A stretch of 61,364 nt of DNA, the filler included, from Choristocarpus tenellus KU-1152 (taxonomy: Eukaryota > Protista > Phaeophyceae), in the NCBI GenBank assembly GCA_964200185.2. It is 10 parts of 10 records of this genome, joined end to end, with 100 filler letters (N's around TTAATTAATTAA, not from the genome) between each part and the next. Parts side by side here need not be neighbours in the genome. Positions count along the whole stretch, not along the records: positions 4,497 to 15,738 come from CAXNAD020002431.1; positions 15,839 to 21,401 come from CAXNAD020010415.1; positions 21,502 to 24,012 come from CAXNAD020027197.1; positions 24,113 to 39,106 come from CAXNAD020001082.1; 6 more parts are not named here. One strand, written 5' to 3'. Below, in pieces: positions 13,069-25,114 of this stretch. The position numbers and the translations under genes are program-made. The stretch's first letter is position 1. Every line of letters begins with the position of its first letter. Under the pieces are notes generated by a model. It worked only from the letters and a program-made list of their open reading frames with translations. It did no database searches and was not told the DNA's origin.

Positions 13069-14774
13069 TACACACCCTACAAACTTTGGGATTTGAAGAA
13101 ATCGCCGACATATAACAGCCGATTTCAAAAATTGAGGATGGAGCTTTTCATTGAGGATGGGCTTGACCCAAAATTGACTGGGATAAAGTGTCGATATGAT
13201 TTTTTTTATTAAATTACAGTTGATATTATAGTACTATTTCTGTGCCATAAATTTGTGCCAAGAAACATGTGGGTCGCCGAGCGAGAACGGCACCGAATTG
13301 GACAATAACTACACAGAATTAATCGGGTTGACAATCTCAGCCTTCAGAAAAGGTGGGGGTCGAGGATCATCAGGTACAGAGTCGAGGTGCTTCAAGCTGT
13401 CAAAGTAGGGGTCTTTAGGGGTGATATTGAGGCCAGAACTGGGCACGTCGAGGTTCAGAACGTCGGTATGGCAACCCCCCCCGTCAACCCCCCCGCGTAG
13501 GAAGGGTGCCCCGGTGTCCGTGAATACCAGGGTTGCGCTTGCAGTGCGGCACGCCCTTGCTCTGGTCCCTGGTGAGCATAAACTGCAGTGACATGTTGGG
13601 CCGACCCTCTCAGTGGAGTTTGGAGTGTCTGAATGCGGTACATGTGAGGGCTCTGGGAGGACATCGCTGATCAGCTTGCCCGTAGCCACACGCTTGACCT
13701 AGGGGTGGCGGCACATCATGGGCGACCATTGGAGCTCACGCCGACCAAGATGGCCGCAATACATAGTATCAACTCCGATAATCGGTCATCCACAGTGTGT
13801 CTGGTGACAATGAAGATGGCCGCCAAGGAGCTGAATTATACCACGAGCACCATAAATAGGTGATTGGATGATATGGAGGCCATGCTGAATCGCCACTGGA
13901 TCAAACCCAAGCTTAAATCGTGGCAAAAGGTATGGAGAATTGACTATGTTTGCAATCTCAAGTAGATCGGAAACATGGTGTGTACACCTCCACGGCGAAC
14001 ACAATCCATGTGACTGAAACCTGGTTTTATGTGATGGCAGATGGGGAAAGGGTTAGGATATTTCCACGTGAGGATGATAGCGACCTTCCAGGGTCCTCTA
14101 CTGTGCAGCACCAGAGTCATATCCCCAAAACCATCATCTTTGCAGTCAACGCCCCCCCAGATTCGGCTCTCACAGCTTTGATGGAAAGCTTGGTGTTTGG
14201 CGTGTGTGTGCGCCAAAAACGGTAGACAGAACAAGCAAGAACATAAAAAGGGGATGTGTATGAGCAGGACTGTACCTTAGAGGAGTCACTGCCTGCAATC
14301 AAGACTAAGATGCCGTGGTTGCAGGGGAAGCACGTTGTTGTTCAGCAAGCTGGTGCCACCCCCCACACGGGCAAGGGCAACTCAGAAATCTTGTCAGGGG
14401 CAGGGAAGACTGAGGGGTGGTCGATTAGGCTTGTGATGCAACCATCTAACTACTCCCCTAACCTCAATACCATGGACCTGTGCTTCTTGAGGCCTTCGAA
14501 ATGCCGGTTGAAGGGGGAGTGGTTTAGTCCATCGACGAGATGGTGAAGGTCATCAAAAAACAGTATGAGGAGTATGATGAAACCATACTTGAGAGAGCTT
14601 GGCAACTCTTTTTTGTGGAGTACAATCAAGTACGTAGATACAAAGGGGGGAATGACTTCAGTGTGGAGCACACAGGGGTAAGCAAGAGGCAGTTGTCTGG
14701 TGAGCTTGAAAACATGCTAAAGGTAGACATGGAGGCTTTTTCTGTGGCTGACAAAATTGCAATGGATGGGTGTA
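13069..14774 (+). mobile_element. Decayed Tc1/mariner element, plant-type DD39D-like transposase pseudogene (coding relic ~13700-14730)
   Basis: Motifs IHVTETWFY, VQHQSHIPKTIIFAVNAPP, LPAIKTKMP, VVQQAGATPH, QPSNYSPNLNTMDLCFL, YDETILERAW...GGNDF spread over several frames; ends approximate. Confidence 0.88.
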
Positions 14775-15114
14775 AAATAATAACAAGAGCTGACCCTAAC
14801 CAGAAATTCGCCAAAGATTCCAAATCTTCTTTCATAAATGAATTTCATCATCTCCAAACGTTATGGACCACGTTGCACAGACTTATGGCATAAAGGTAGT
14901 ACAACGTATCTCATCATACACATTGTGAAGAAGAGGGGTACCGACCAACAAATGTTTGTATAGAGCAAATACACACACTTAACACACGTCCCACATATGC
15001 TTCCTCCCTACAACAGCACCATGCCTCCTCTTGCATGTGCTTTGTACTCATTGATATGACTCCACTTCAAGCTTGACACTGTTCTCGGGATAGAAACATT
15101 ATGTTTGTTTTTTT

Positions 15115-15292
15115 TGCTTGAAGTATCTGGGGGGGGTGGAGGGGTTACAACAGATTGTTCATTCGAGGCCTGACCAAGAGAAGTGAACATATATTATACG
15201 TCTGATGCATGCAATCAAGTCACCCAAAGGCCACGACATGGAAAAATGGAGCCTGTATGGACAGCTGCCAACCCCCCCAGACTCTTTGAGCC
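15115..15292. mobile_element. MITE family B, degenerate full-length copy
   Basis: TGCTTGAAGTATCTGGGGGGG ... CCCCCCCAGACTCTTTGAGCC; length nearly the same as the 9563 copy; imperfect TSD TTTT/TTTC. Confidence 0.65.
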
Positions 15293-15668
15293 TTTCGACC
15301 ACGGATCACATGGCATCTCTCACAGCCGTCTCCATTCCGTCTCCCTATTCTCCACATAAACTCCACGCGAAAACTTAGATGTCACACAACTACACACACT
15401 GCATCAATTCAAATGTACATCATGTACTCACAGAACAACATCCTTACTCAACGAACATCTTCTACCGGCAATTTTTTTATCCCTGAGCAGGGATTTGAAA
15501 TAGACCGATGCTAACATGAACGAAGTTGATTCGTACCTGCAACACTGTTGAAAAACAAAAAGTCAAGAACTCCTAAATCTGTCTTCTAAACTCTAAGAAA
15601 TTATGTGTGAGTAATCGGTGTATTGCAGGGACAAAAGGATTTGGGAACATACTCTTTCGTGTGAGAGA

Positions 15669-15738
15669 GAGTCAAAGTATCCTAGAGGGTAGAGCCGCGT
15701 CCATTTGGGGGTCAAAATCCAATGTTGCGATTTCGATG
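15669..15738. mobile_element. MITE family A, partial copy truncated by contig end
   Basis: GAGTCAAAGTATCCTAGAGGGTAGAGCCGCGTCCATTTGGGG nearly identical to the start of the 214 copy. Confidence 0.9.
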
Positions 15739-16024
15739 NNNNNNNNNNNNNNNNNNNNNNNNNNNNNNNNNNNNNNNNNNNNTTAATTAATTAANNNNNN
15801 NNNNNNNNNNNNNNNNNNNNNNNNNNNNNNNNNNNNNNAAACATAGGGATTTTTTTTATTCCCTCCCCCCTTGTGGAAAAGATGTACCCCCCCCCCCCCC
15901 CCCCACCCCCACACATATGCAAACTTATACGTTAAAGTCAAAACAATGTCTAGAAATGTGCTTGTTTTCAGTGAGGTATTTGGAGTTGTCTTAAAGACAC
16001 ACCGTGTACCTCATACATATTACC

Positions 16025-16162
16025 CACACACAAAACACGCAACACACAAAAAACACATAACACACAAAAAACACACAACACACAAAAAACACACAACACA
16101 CAAAAACACACAACACACAAAAAACACACAACACACAAAAAACACACAACACACACAAACAC
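16025..16162. repeat. Degenerate AC-rich ~17-18-bp tandem repeat (ACACACAAAAAACACACA)
   Basis: Direct reading. Confidence 0.85.
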
Positions 16163-16479
16163 ATTGATGATACACACCTAGTCCAACATGATTTTGGAAC
16201 GCGTGTTATCAGAGGATGGAATCGCTACGCGGCATTCTGATTTATTTATTTTTCAACAAATAAACAAAAAAGAAAAAGAAAGCAGACACTTATCACCCAG
16301 GAATAGGAGTACACAGAGAGAAAGGTAGAGAATGATTTTTCAAGTGGTGACAGCCCTCTCAAGCATACAATTTCAACACCAGGGAAACAAACATGCACTT
16401 ACACAGTTGCACACATATACACCCAATTACACCCAATTACACCCAATTACACAAAGGCACAGGCACACTCAAAACATAC

Positions 16480-16855
16480 CTGATCCACAGTCATTCTGTT
16501 GGCAGCATCATATGCCATCAGCCTGCGTATGAGGTCCTTGGCTTCCTCCGACACCACCCTCCACAGGTTACCCTCCATCCTCACCTGTTTCCTACCCCCC
16601 TGCACACAGAGCAAACAAGAACATACATAGATTATACCTAACCCTAACACTACTACTGTACTGTAGCGAGTGCAACATGAGGAGCTATTATCATCATTAT
16701 TATTATAAATATAAATAATAATAATAATACCATAATTAACTGCCATAGTAGAAGCAACTGCCATCCCACACAAAGATAAAATAAAAATAAAAATAAAAAA
16801 GGATTCTATTGAATGCTATTCCTGAATCATGTACAACAAAGATATATATTATTAT

Positions 16856-16893
<38 letters not shown>

Positions 16894-19800
16894 GAGTGAT
16901 GATACATATTATTATTACTATTACTACTACTACTACTAGAGTGAATGTGAGTGTCACCCTGCGCATGAGGCAATCCAAACCAAAGAAGGATGATACGACC
17001 ATGACCATGACTACATCTGTTCATGTGTTGACACAACAATTGAATTTCTGCGGTTAGTGCTAGTACCTACAGGTGGGTGGAGGCACAGACAGGATTGACT
17101 GCAGAGGCAGTGGAACTCATCTGGTGGGGAACAAAGCACACCCTAGAATGAACGTAAAACTCTCTGACCTCATATTAGGGTTAGGGTTAGGGTTACTATG
17201 TTAAGAGATGTAAGAAAAGGAATGTGTAAGGTGGTCTGAACAATAATGTACCACGCAACACAGATACATCTTTTCAGTATCGTGGCTACTGTGTTATTAT
17301 TACTATTTTACAGAAAAAATGCAACTGTTATCCAAAACAAAACACACAAAAACGCGACCATGCAACACAGACACATCTTTTCAGTACTACGACTACTATT
17401 ATCATTACCATCTTACAGCAGATGCAACCGTTGTGTGGAAAGCACGGTTGTCTGTTGTTATACCGTTATACCGTTATACCGCTATACCGTTACACCGATT
17501 GAGGTTCCTTGTCAAGCATACACGATTCATTCCACTCGCGAACCTTCCGTCAGAACGAAACCATGGAACCCCTTCACAAGACCAATCCCACAGAGACTTG
17601 GGACAGCTCGTCATTGAATTCAGAGTTGTCCCACACACACGGAATAAATCCACTTCGTTCTCGCGTCTTGACCGGTAGGCGCGATGAAGCCCCATCTTTG
17701 ACAATGCTCATCACTCCTCAAATCGCACTTGTCCAACCTTATACCCTCGTACCCTCGGATACCTTTTTGACCTTGTTCGTCTCGTCCATCTTGCCCGACA
17801 AAGAGTCAAGAAGTTGCTCTATGATTCATGATTCAGAAGAGGGACTAACTGGAACGCAGATTCAACGAGGGCCTTTCATGAACTCAGGAAGCAAGGACGT
17901 CAGTCAGGACCCTGACTGGGATATGGAGACAAGGAGACGGAAGGGAAACTATAGGGAACGAGGGAACGAGCAAAAATAGTTGCTTGCTGCATCTTTGGTG
18001 ATTCTCTTCACCACCCTAACCCTGAGTGAACCACGCCGCCATAGGATCACACGATTCACAGTTATCCAGAATAAAACACACAAGATTGGCGCCAGAGACC
18101 AACCAACCTACCATACCCAGTCACACCCAGCAGGCACCTATCAATCCTTGGGGGGGTGTCTCCTCAACTCATGCATCAAAAGAGGTGAATAATAAATAAT
18201 CGTAACATTAAAAAAAAAAACACTTCTAGGTATGTATGCATACATGTATGTCTCTATCCATGTACCAAAGTGGTAACAAATGGTCCAAACATCCAACTCG
18301 ATCCATGTACCACAGTGGTAACAAATGGTCCAAACATCCAAAAAACGATACGCCTACCCTTGTGCAAATCAATATAATGGTGTAGCAACATCAATGTACA
18401 ATACATTGGGACACAAAACAGGAACAAATCTAGAATACAGTATAGATTTAAGTACCCCCTCTTCATTTGTCCAAGATATTTCCAGCAAATAACCATTTTT
18501 GAAGGATCAAATTGATTGCAGGTTGAAGGAATGTAGGTCCAAGTTATACACTACAGTCTTGGACCATAAACTACAGTCTTGGATCATACACTGCAGTCTT
18601 GGACCATACACTACAGTCTTGGATCATATGATACAGTCTTGGACCATACACTACAGTCTCGAACCATACAATACAGTCTTGGACCATACACTACAGTCTT
18701 GGATCATACAATACAGTCATGGACCATACACTACAATCTTGGATCATACAATACAGTCATGGACCATACAATACAGTCTTGGATCATACACTACAGTCTT
18801 GGACCATACACTACAGTCTTAGACCATACACTACAGTCTTGGACCATACACTACAGTCTTGGATCATACAATACAGTCTTGGACCATACACTACAGTCTT
18901 GGATCATATGATACAGTCTTGGACCATACACTACAGTCTCGAACCATACAATACAGTCTTGGACCATACACTACAGTCTTGGATCATACAATACAGTCAT
19001 GGACCATACACTACAGTCTTAGACCAGCAGATAACCTTCCCTGTTCTGTCAAACAATATTGTACCCAGGCGAGTCAGCCCACGGTCCTATCCCATCAAAA
19101 AAGGTTTCTTTCGCATAAGGACCGGTCCAATCCCGTTGGAAACACTTCCTATCACAGGGTCCATCGATAGAAAGGGCTAAACCAACAGTAGTGTGCATTA
19201 CATTTATCACCTACCATAACAATACCTACTGTCCCATACAATTTTAAAAAGTACAAATTTTCTATCGATACCTTAGATTTATTTTTTCCGAAACCAGGAA
19301 CACAGCCTATATATTTACCTGAAATAATGATACTACTACTACTACTACAAATAATAGTAATATTATATCAAATCATTTATTTTCTTTTTCTCCTGCTGCG
19401 GCTTCTTACCACGCCTCCAGGTTTTCCAAGCGGCTCATCAACACGCCTACCAGGACACAGACAACTGCAAGCTGTTCAAACTGATGCTGAACAGAAAAAG
19501 GCACAGAATTGTAACAGTAATAGTAACAGTAGCAGGTAGTACCAAAGATACATTACACATACTTAGAAAAAACAAAGAAAATAGTTACAATAATAATAAT
19601 AATAATAATAGTAATAAATATCAAAGTAGAGCTACATCACAAATAATAATAATAATAATAATAATAATAGGAACAGAATAAATACAAGCAAGCTACAGCC
19701 ATTGATAGTAGCCACATGAAGTGCCACTACATTGCATCACCATCCCTTTCTACACACTACAAAACCCCAAACCTAAAATAACCCACGACCCAATCTAACC

Positions 19801-19901
19801 AAACAACAAAAAATCCTCCCCCACCAAAAAAATATATATATCAAAAAAATGAAAAACAAAAAATATGACAAAAAAGGTTCACCGATCACAGATCACGGAT
19901 C

Positions 19902-19986
<85 letters not shown>

Positions 19987-19993
19987 TCAAAAA

Positions 19994-20036
<43 letters not shown>

Positions 20037-21178
20037 AACAAGATAAAACAAAACAAAACAAAGTAACGTCAATCACTCCCCCCCCCCTTTTTACCTGAAC
20101 CAAAAACTCTGGAAACCTCGCCACAAGCATCACATACAGCATCGCCCCTAGGCTCCAGCAGTCCACCGGCGTTCCATACGGCTTTCCAATCCCTTGTCCC
20201 CTCAGCTCCACCTCCGGGGCGAGATACGATGGGGTGCCTACAAATGTCTTCGCCACGGAGCCTCCTCCGTCTGAGTCGATAGCCTTGGAGAGACCAAAGT
20301 CAAGTAGCTTTGCCTGGTGGTGGGTGGTGTGCACAAGTAGTGCGTGAGCGTGTGTGAAATAAACTGAAATAAAATAAACTGAAATAAAATAAAATAAATA
20401 GAATAAAATAGCGTTATTAAAATAACATTGCATGTGAGCATGTGTGTAATGAAATGATAGTTAAATGAGATTGCATGTGACCAGTACTTTCAAAGTAGGC
20501 AATGGAGTGGCATACTATTTTTAACCATCTGTGTATATGTATATATAAATCTATATAAAAATATGGGAAGACAAAAAAAACCACACAACCAAGAAAAATA
20601 CATATATTGAGGCGTACACGTAGGCATGTATGTATGCATCATTGTAAGTGTGGATGTAGTCACTCAAATGGTCCACGCAACTACGAGGACAATTAAAGGT
20701 ATGTACTGCACCCTTTCATCGATCCACACAATAGCAGTTACAACTGAAGGTATAAACCGTACCCTTCAATTGGCACACGGGTTCAACTAAAGGTATATGC
20801 TGTACCCTTCCATTGATCCACACAATAGCAGTTACAAATTGAAGGTATAAACTGTACCCTTCAATTGGCACACAGGTTCAATTAAAGGTATATGCTGTAC
20901 CCTTCCATTGATACAAACAATTACAGGTACAATTAAAGGTACATACTGTACCCTTCAACTGGCATGCAAAGTTGCAGGTACAACTAAAGGTTACATACTG
21001 CACCCTTCAATTCATACACACACTGCAGGTACAATTAAAGGTACACAACGGTGAAACAGTCAGTCACCTGAGGGTACAATCCATCCTGAGATATTTTATC
21101 GATGACCATAACGTTCTCAGGCTTGACGTCCCTGTGAACTATGCTCAGAGAGTGGAGATACTGGAGAGCACGGCCAAC
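16480..21178 (-). CDS. Ser/Thr protein kinase, CAMK group (Chk2/CaMK-like), partial; exons 21178-21068, 20313-20095, 16599-16480
   Basis: Phase-0 exons with canonical AG/GT: VGRALQYLHSLSIVHRDVKPENVMV..., AKLLDFGLSKAIDSDGGGSVAKTFVGTPSYLAPEV...VDCWSLGAMLYVML..., ...WRVVSEEAKDLIRRLMAYDAANRMTVDQ. These are subdomains VIa-XI with intact HRD, DFG and APE motifs. Confidence 0.95.
16848..16938. repeat. (TAT)/(TAC)n trinucleotide microsatellites in kinase intron
   Basis: Direct reading. Confidence 0.9.
18256..18341. repeat. ~44-bp tandem duplication (ATCCATGTACCAmAGTGGTAACAAATGGTCCAAACATCCAA)
   Basis: Two near-identical copies. Confidence 0.85.
18541..19025. repeat. 20-bp minisatellite, ~24 units (GGAyCATACAmTACAGTCTT)
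   Basis: Head-to-tail units without spacers; explains the repetitive ORFs at 18499-19180. Confidence 0.98.
19905..20033. repeat. Long poly(A) tracts (poly-U on the kinase pre-mRNA)
   Basis: Direct reading. Confidence 0.9.
20690..21046. repeat. Array of ~32-bp palindromic cores separated by 11-19-nt spacers (7 units + partial)
   Basis: Cores CAAyTrAAGGTA-N7-TACCCTTCAATTG start at 20690, 20741, 20784, 20835, 20879, 20930, 20981, 21032. Confidence 0.9.
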
Positions 21179-21188
21179 CTATCAGAAA

Positions 21189-21270
21189 GGGGTTAGGGTT
21201 AGGGCCATGATCATCAGAGAGAGATCAAACAGTAGGGTTAGGGTTAGGGCCATGATCATCAGAGAGAGAT
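21189..21270. repeat. Duplicated unit GGGTTAGGGTTAGGGCCATGATCATCAGAGAGAGAT beside the kinase acceptor site
   Basis: Two copies, each with telomere-like hexamers. Confidence 0.85.
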
Positions 21271-21346
21271 TTTTCATATTTTAACCACTGACATGACACC
21301 TGTATCTATCTCCATACACCCATAACCATTGTCTTCAGACACTGAA

Positions 21347-21401
21347 CAGTGAAAGTATCTTAGAGGGTACGAATTTTGCCCTGTTTGTCCATTTGGGGCT
21401 T
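21347..21401. mobile_element. MITE family A, partial copy (opposite end) truncated by contig end
   Basis: AGTGAAAGTATCTTAGAGGGTACGAATTTTGCCC matches the reverse complement of the 214-472 right end. Confidence 0.9.
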
Positions 21402-22113
21402 NNNNNNNNNNNNNNNNNNNNNNNNNNNNNNNNNNNNNNNNNNNNTTAATTAATTAANNNNNNNNNNNNNNNNNNNNNNNNNNNNNNNNNNNNNNNNNNN
21501 NCACTCCACAACATGATCCCCCCCCCCCCGCCCCCCCCCCCCTCCCCCCCCCCAAAAAAAAAAAGTGCATTCTGCTTTTGCTTCAATTATTGGTGTCAAC
21601 ACCACCCTAAATAGAACAAGAGCATACACATAATATGCGGTACATAATACCTCAATAAATATACACAAGCACGAGTACATTAAAAAGTTAAAGAGCATAC
21701 GAGTACATTAAAAAGTTAGAGAGCATACGAAACATAAACACTACTTTGAAAAGTCTCTACACCCTGTGCTGCCCCATGCACAGTAGGGGGCATACATAGT
21801 TGTGCCGCCCTCCTACACAGGGCAGGCTCTTCCTCTCCTTATCCCGGTATCTATCACCCACAATAGAACATGTGGAAAGCAAATCAAAAAGCGTTGTCAT
21901 TCTCTTCGCGGCTGTCTGTGAGGGGTGGAGAGCAAACCCTACTAAACAAAATGGGGAGAGAAGGGATATCTCACTCGGTCCTTTTACTCCAAATTATGGA
22001 TGGAAATATGCCATGAAGGAGCCATGTTAAAGTGAGTAGTGAGCGCCTCTTGCATTTGACTAGGTGAGACGAAAAACATTGTAAGGACAACCTCAGGGTT
22101 CTGCACCACTTAC

Positions 22114-23391
22114 AATATGATAAACACCCCCTTGAGCAGCCATGACTCCAAGAAGGTGCACATCTGCAACAGCACGGCATTCTCCCTCTCCAGCAGTACT
22201 ATCCCCCATGCCAGCATCATCCCATACATATGCAAAACAAATTCCCCCCCCTAGTACCAAGGAGAGAGGTAAGGAAGGGCATGTCGGTGGCTAGGCCTTA
22301 AGTGAACGGTGGTGATTTAAAGTCTGGGGGGTCAATGGGACGAGGTCTGGTGGGAGGGGGTTTGGCGGGGGGGGATAAGCAGGGATTAAAAAGAAGGATT
22401 GAGGAGAGAATCGAAGTAAAACATAAACAGTACTTAGCCCCTCCTTCCCTATCTATGGTCAAAACATTATGACATTGCAACAATGGCATTTCCTCTAAAT
22501 AATGCATATCATCTTTTGCTTGAGCAACCACTCACATTTAACTGCGTAGAAAACAAAAGCCATAGGTCGAGCATTCCAGCACACCCTCCTGAAGTCGAGA
22601 GAGTGGTAAAAGGTAAAACCGTTTGGAAATTGTTAGAAAGCAGGATTCCCCACCCCCCCAAAGAACACACACATTCAAGAGGTGGAGAAGGAGGCATGGT
22701 GGGAGATAGATATGGGGCGGTAGGGGCAAAGAAAACGGGGGGTTGAGAGGGGACTTGGAGATGCGAAGTGGTGCATCCTGACAACTCCAAGTTGATTATC
22801 GTAAGACTTGGGATGGGAGTCCTCACTTGTCTACCCAATCCAACAAAACTCGACAAGAGTTTGGGATATTGACATCGGATACTGGGGGTGCTGCTGGAAG
22901 AAGTTCCTCCACCATAAGTACTACAGGCTTTGGGGATAGTATAGTGGGCCGACAAAGGCATTCTGCAATAAACAAGGTTGTTTGTCCACCTTGCCCGTTC
23001 GCTTTCACAAACTTCATTTGCTGTGTTATGTACTTCTGGATTATTTGCGTCGACCTTAGAAACATCCGTAACATTCTGCCTTTCACTACTTGCAACTCGC
23101 TCCTTGCGTACCAGCGACGGCTGTTGCCCAGCTGAGGAGACTGCATAGCTTGAGGAACCAATTGTCGGCCATGTCAGATCGCGATACAGGAACACTGTTC
23201 ACAACCTTTGGGTCTAACCGCGAATTTTCCATCGGATCTGAATGGACCTTGCGCTGTGGATTTCAATCGCATAGGGGAGCACGGATGAGGGTACAGTAGA
23301 TTGTCAGGCTTTGTGGAATAGAGGCAAGGACCAAACGAATCCAAGACCAGTTCGGCCTCATTACCTTACCTCCCGAGACATATATGTTCTC
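22114..23391 (-). CDS. Unknown gene fragment; exons 23391-23370, 23194-22827, 22163-22114
   Basis: AG/GT-bounded, phase-compatible exons give ENIYVSGVFLYRDLTWPTIG...NNLVYCRMPLSAHYTIPKAC...YPKLLSSFVGLGRQMCTFLESWLLKGVFII; overlaps the 228-aa ORF. Confidence 0.5.
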
Positions 23392-23706
23392 CTACAGTAA
23401 TATACCGCTCCAGAGGAGCGGATTATTCCCCCCCCCAACAGAAGAGTGGGTCAATGGTTCTGGTCGTTTTAAGAGTCTTCCTCTCACTTAAGTCCACAAA
23501 GGTGGAGAGGTCAACAATAGTAGTTTAGTACTACAACACATAATAAATATTACAGTAGTAGTAGTAGGGGGGGGTTGAGACGTGGCGCGTGAACGCGCGA
23601 TGTTCAACCTCTTTCTCTTTCTCAAGCACTCCTCGACACCTATCAAGTGAAGCCACCTTGAACAACACCTTGAACAAAGCACGTACGCCAGTGATCACAA
23701 TTTTCC

Positions 23707-24012
23707 ATGCAATCTGGCTACACCTACAGCCTGGGAAGCCCTCCCCATAGTCCCGACCGTCGCGGAGGAGGCTATGAGCAGGATGGGAGGCGAGATCTTG
23801 CCTGGGCTCCTGAGACGCCTTCACCAGGAGGTGGCGGCTATGCACCTCGCCACCAGGTTGTCTCAGCAGCACAGACAAGTGGGCACATGTTTTCCGGACA
23901 GCTGGAAGAGCATGCTAGGATGACCACGGAGTGGTCTCCTGCGAAACTTCACCACACACCCCCACATCACCTACCCTCCTATGCTCACAGTCACAATACA
24001 CACGGTTCGGGT
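23707..24012 (+). CDS. GC-rich, low-complexity ORF running into contig end (possible first exon or gag N-terminus)
   Basis: Open for ~100 codons from ATG; no recognisable domain. Confidence 0.25.
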
Positions 24013-24275
24013 NNNNNNNNNNNNNNNNNNNNNNNNNNNNNNNNNNNNNNNNNNNNTTAATTAATTAANNNNNNNNNNNNNNNNNNNNNNNNNNNNNNNN
24101 NNNNNNNNNNNNCTGGTGATGCCCACCCATAGACCTTTCCCCTCTATACACACCTCCCGTGGACAAGCTCTCAACAACTTCACTTCCTGACAACACCATG
24201 GTTCTTCAGTCTTGCGGCTGTACTTTTATCTTCCTGGATGTGTACGACCCAGTTCCAGCCTGTTACACAACCCAA

Positions 24276-24638
24276 TGTTTCCAGGACTTGTGTGTATTAA
24301 TTGATTATCCTTGTTAGGTTTTGGAGAAGAAAGATGGATGAGTGAGCTCACCCAGATAAGGAGGGCTGTCCTTGCTACCATATGTTTTTCTTGTCATCCT
24401 ATCTAAACCAACAACCCCTTGAATATTCTTTTCTAGTCCATTATCCATTGGACACCAGCCTCCGTGCTTCTATTGATAAACTTATCTTCCTATTCTGCAC
24501 AATGGAATGTTTCCTATATGGACTCTTATCAGTGATCATTCTACTAGTGTTCTATATAACTCGACCATATTGCTTCTCTCTACTAATGGTCTCTTACTTC
24601 ATATTCTTTCACACCAAAGGTCAAGCATATTCTTGACA
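24276..24638 (-). repeat. 3' LTR of the Copia element
   Basis: TGTTTCCAGGACTTGTG...ATTCTTGACA, colinear with 28879-29237; purine-rich tract adjacent on the minus strand. Confidence 0.88.
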
Positions 24639-25114
24639 CACTCTCCTGCTTTGAACACATAGTGAGAAATAAGCACAAAAAAAAATCAGTAACATAATAA
24701 ATCAACCCCACGGCTGACTTTGCATAATAACAGTTGAATGCTTTTCAAAAGACTCCTCCAGCAAACCCTTTGTGAACAGGTCTGCATGCTGGAATTCTGT
24801 AGGTAAGTTCCCAATGATAGTTTTCCTTCCGTTTCCAGTTGGCGCACCTAATGACATTGAATGCTGATGTGCTTGGTCCTACCTCCAGACATAAAACCTT
24901 TTGAGTGATTTGATGGCTCCATCATTATTATTCTGTAACACCAAAACTGAGCAATTCTCTCAAAATGTTCGCATGAACATGTATGTGCACATGCTTGAGA
25001 AACATGACCTTAACTCATAAAATGCAATATACTCAGCCTCAACAGTTGATTGTGTAACTGTTTTCTGCTTCCTTGACCACCAATCAACACACCCTCCTCT
25101 AAACATCACAAATA

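Noticed and set aside
16736-17057. Poly-Thr/Val/Ser ORFs
   Set aside because: Translations of trinucleotide microsatellites inside the kinase intron.
18541-19025. CRISPR array or repeat-protein gene
   Set aside because: Units are contiguous with no spacers, the 20-bp period is not a multiple of three, and it lies in a eukaryotic intron.
19849-20046. Poly-lysine ORF
   Set aside because: Translation of an intronic poly(A) tract.
20690-21046. Bona fide CRISPR array
   Set aside because: Spacers are short, duplicated and mutually related, cores are degenerate, and there are no cas genes. Kept only as a structured-repeat finding.
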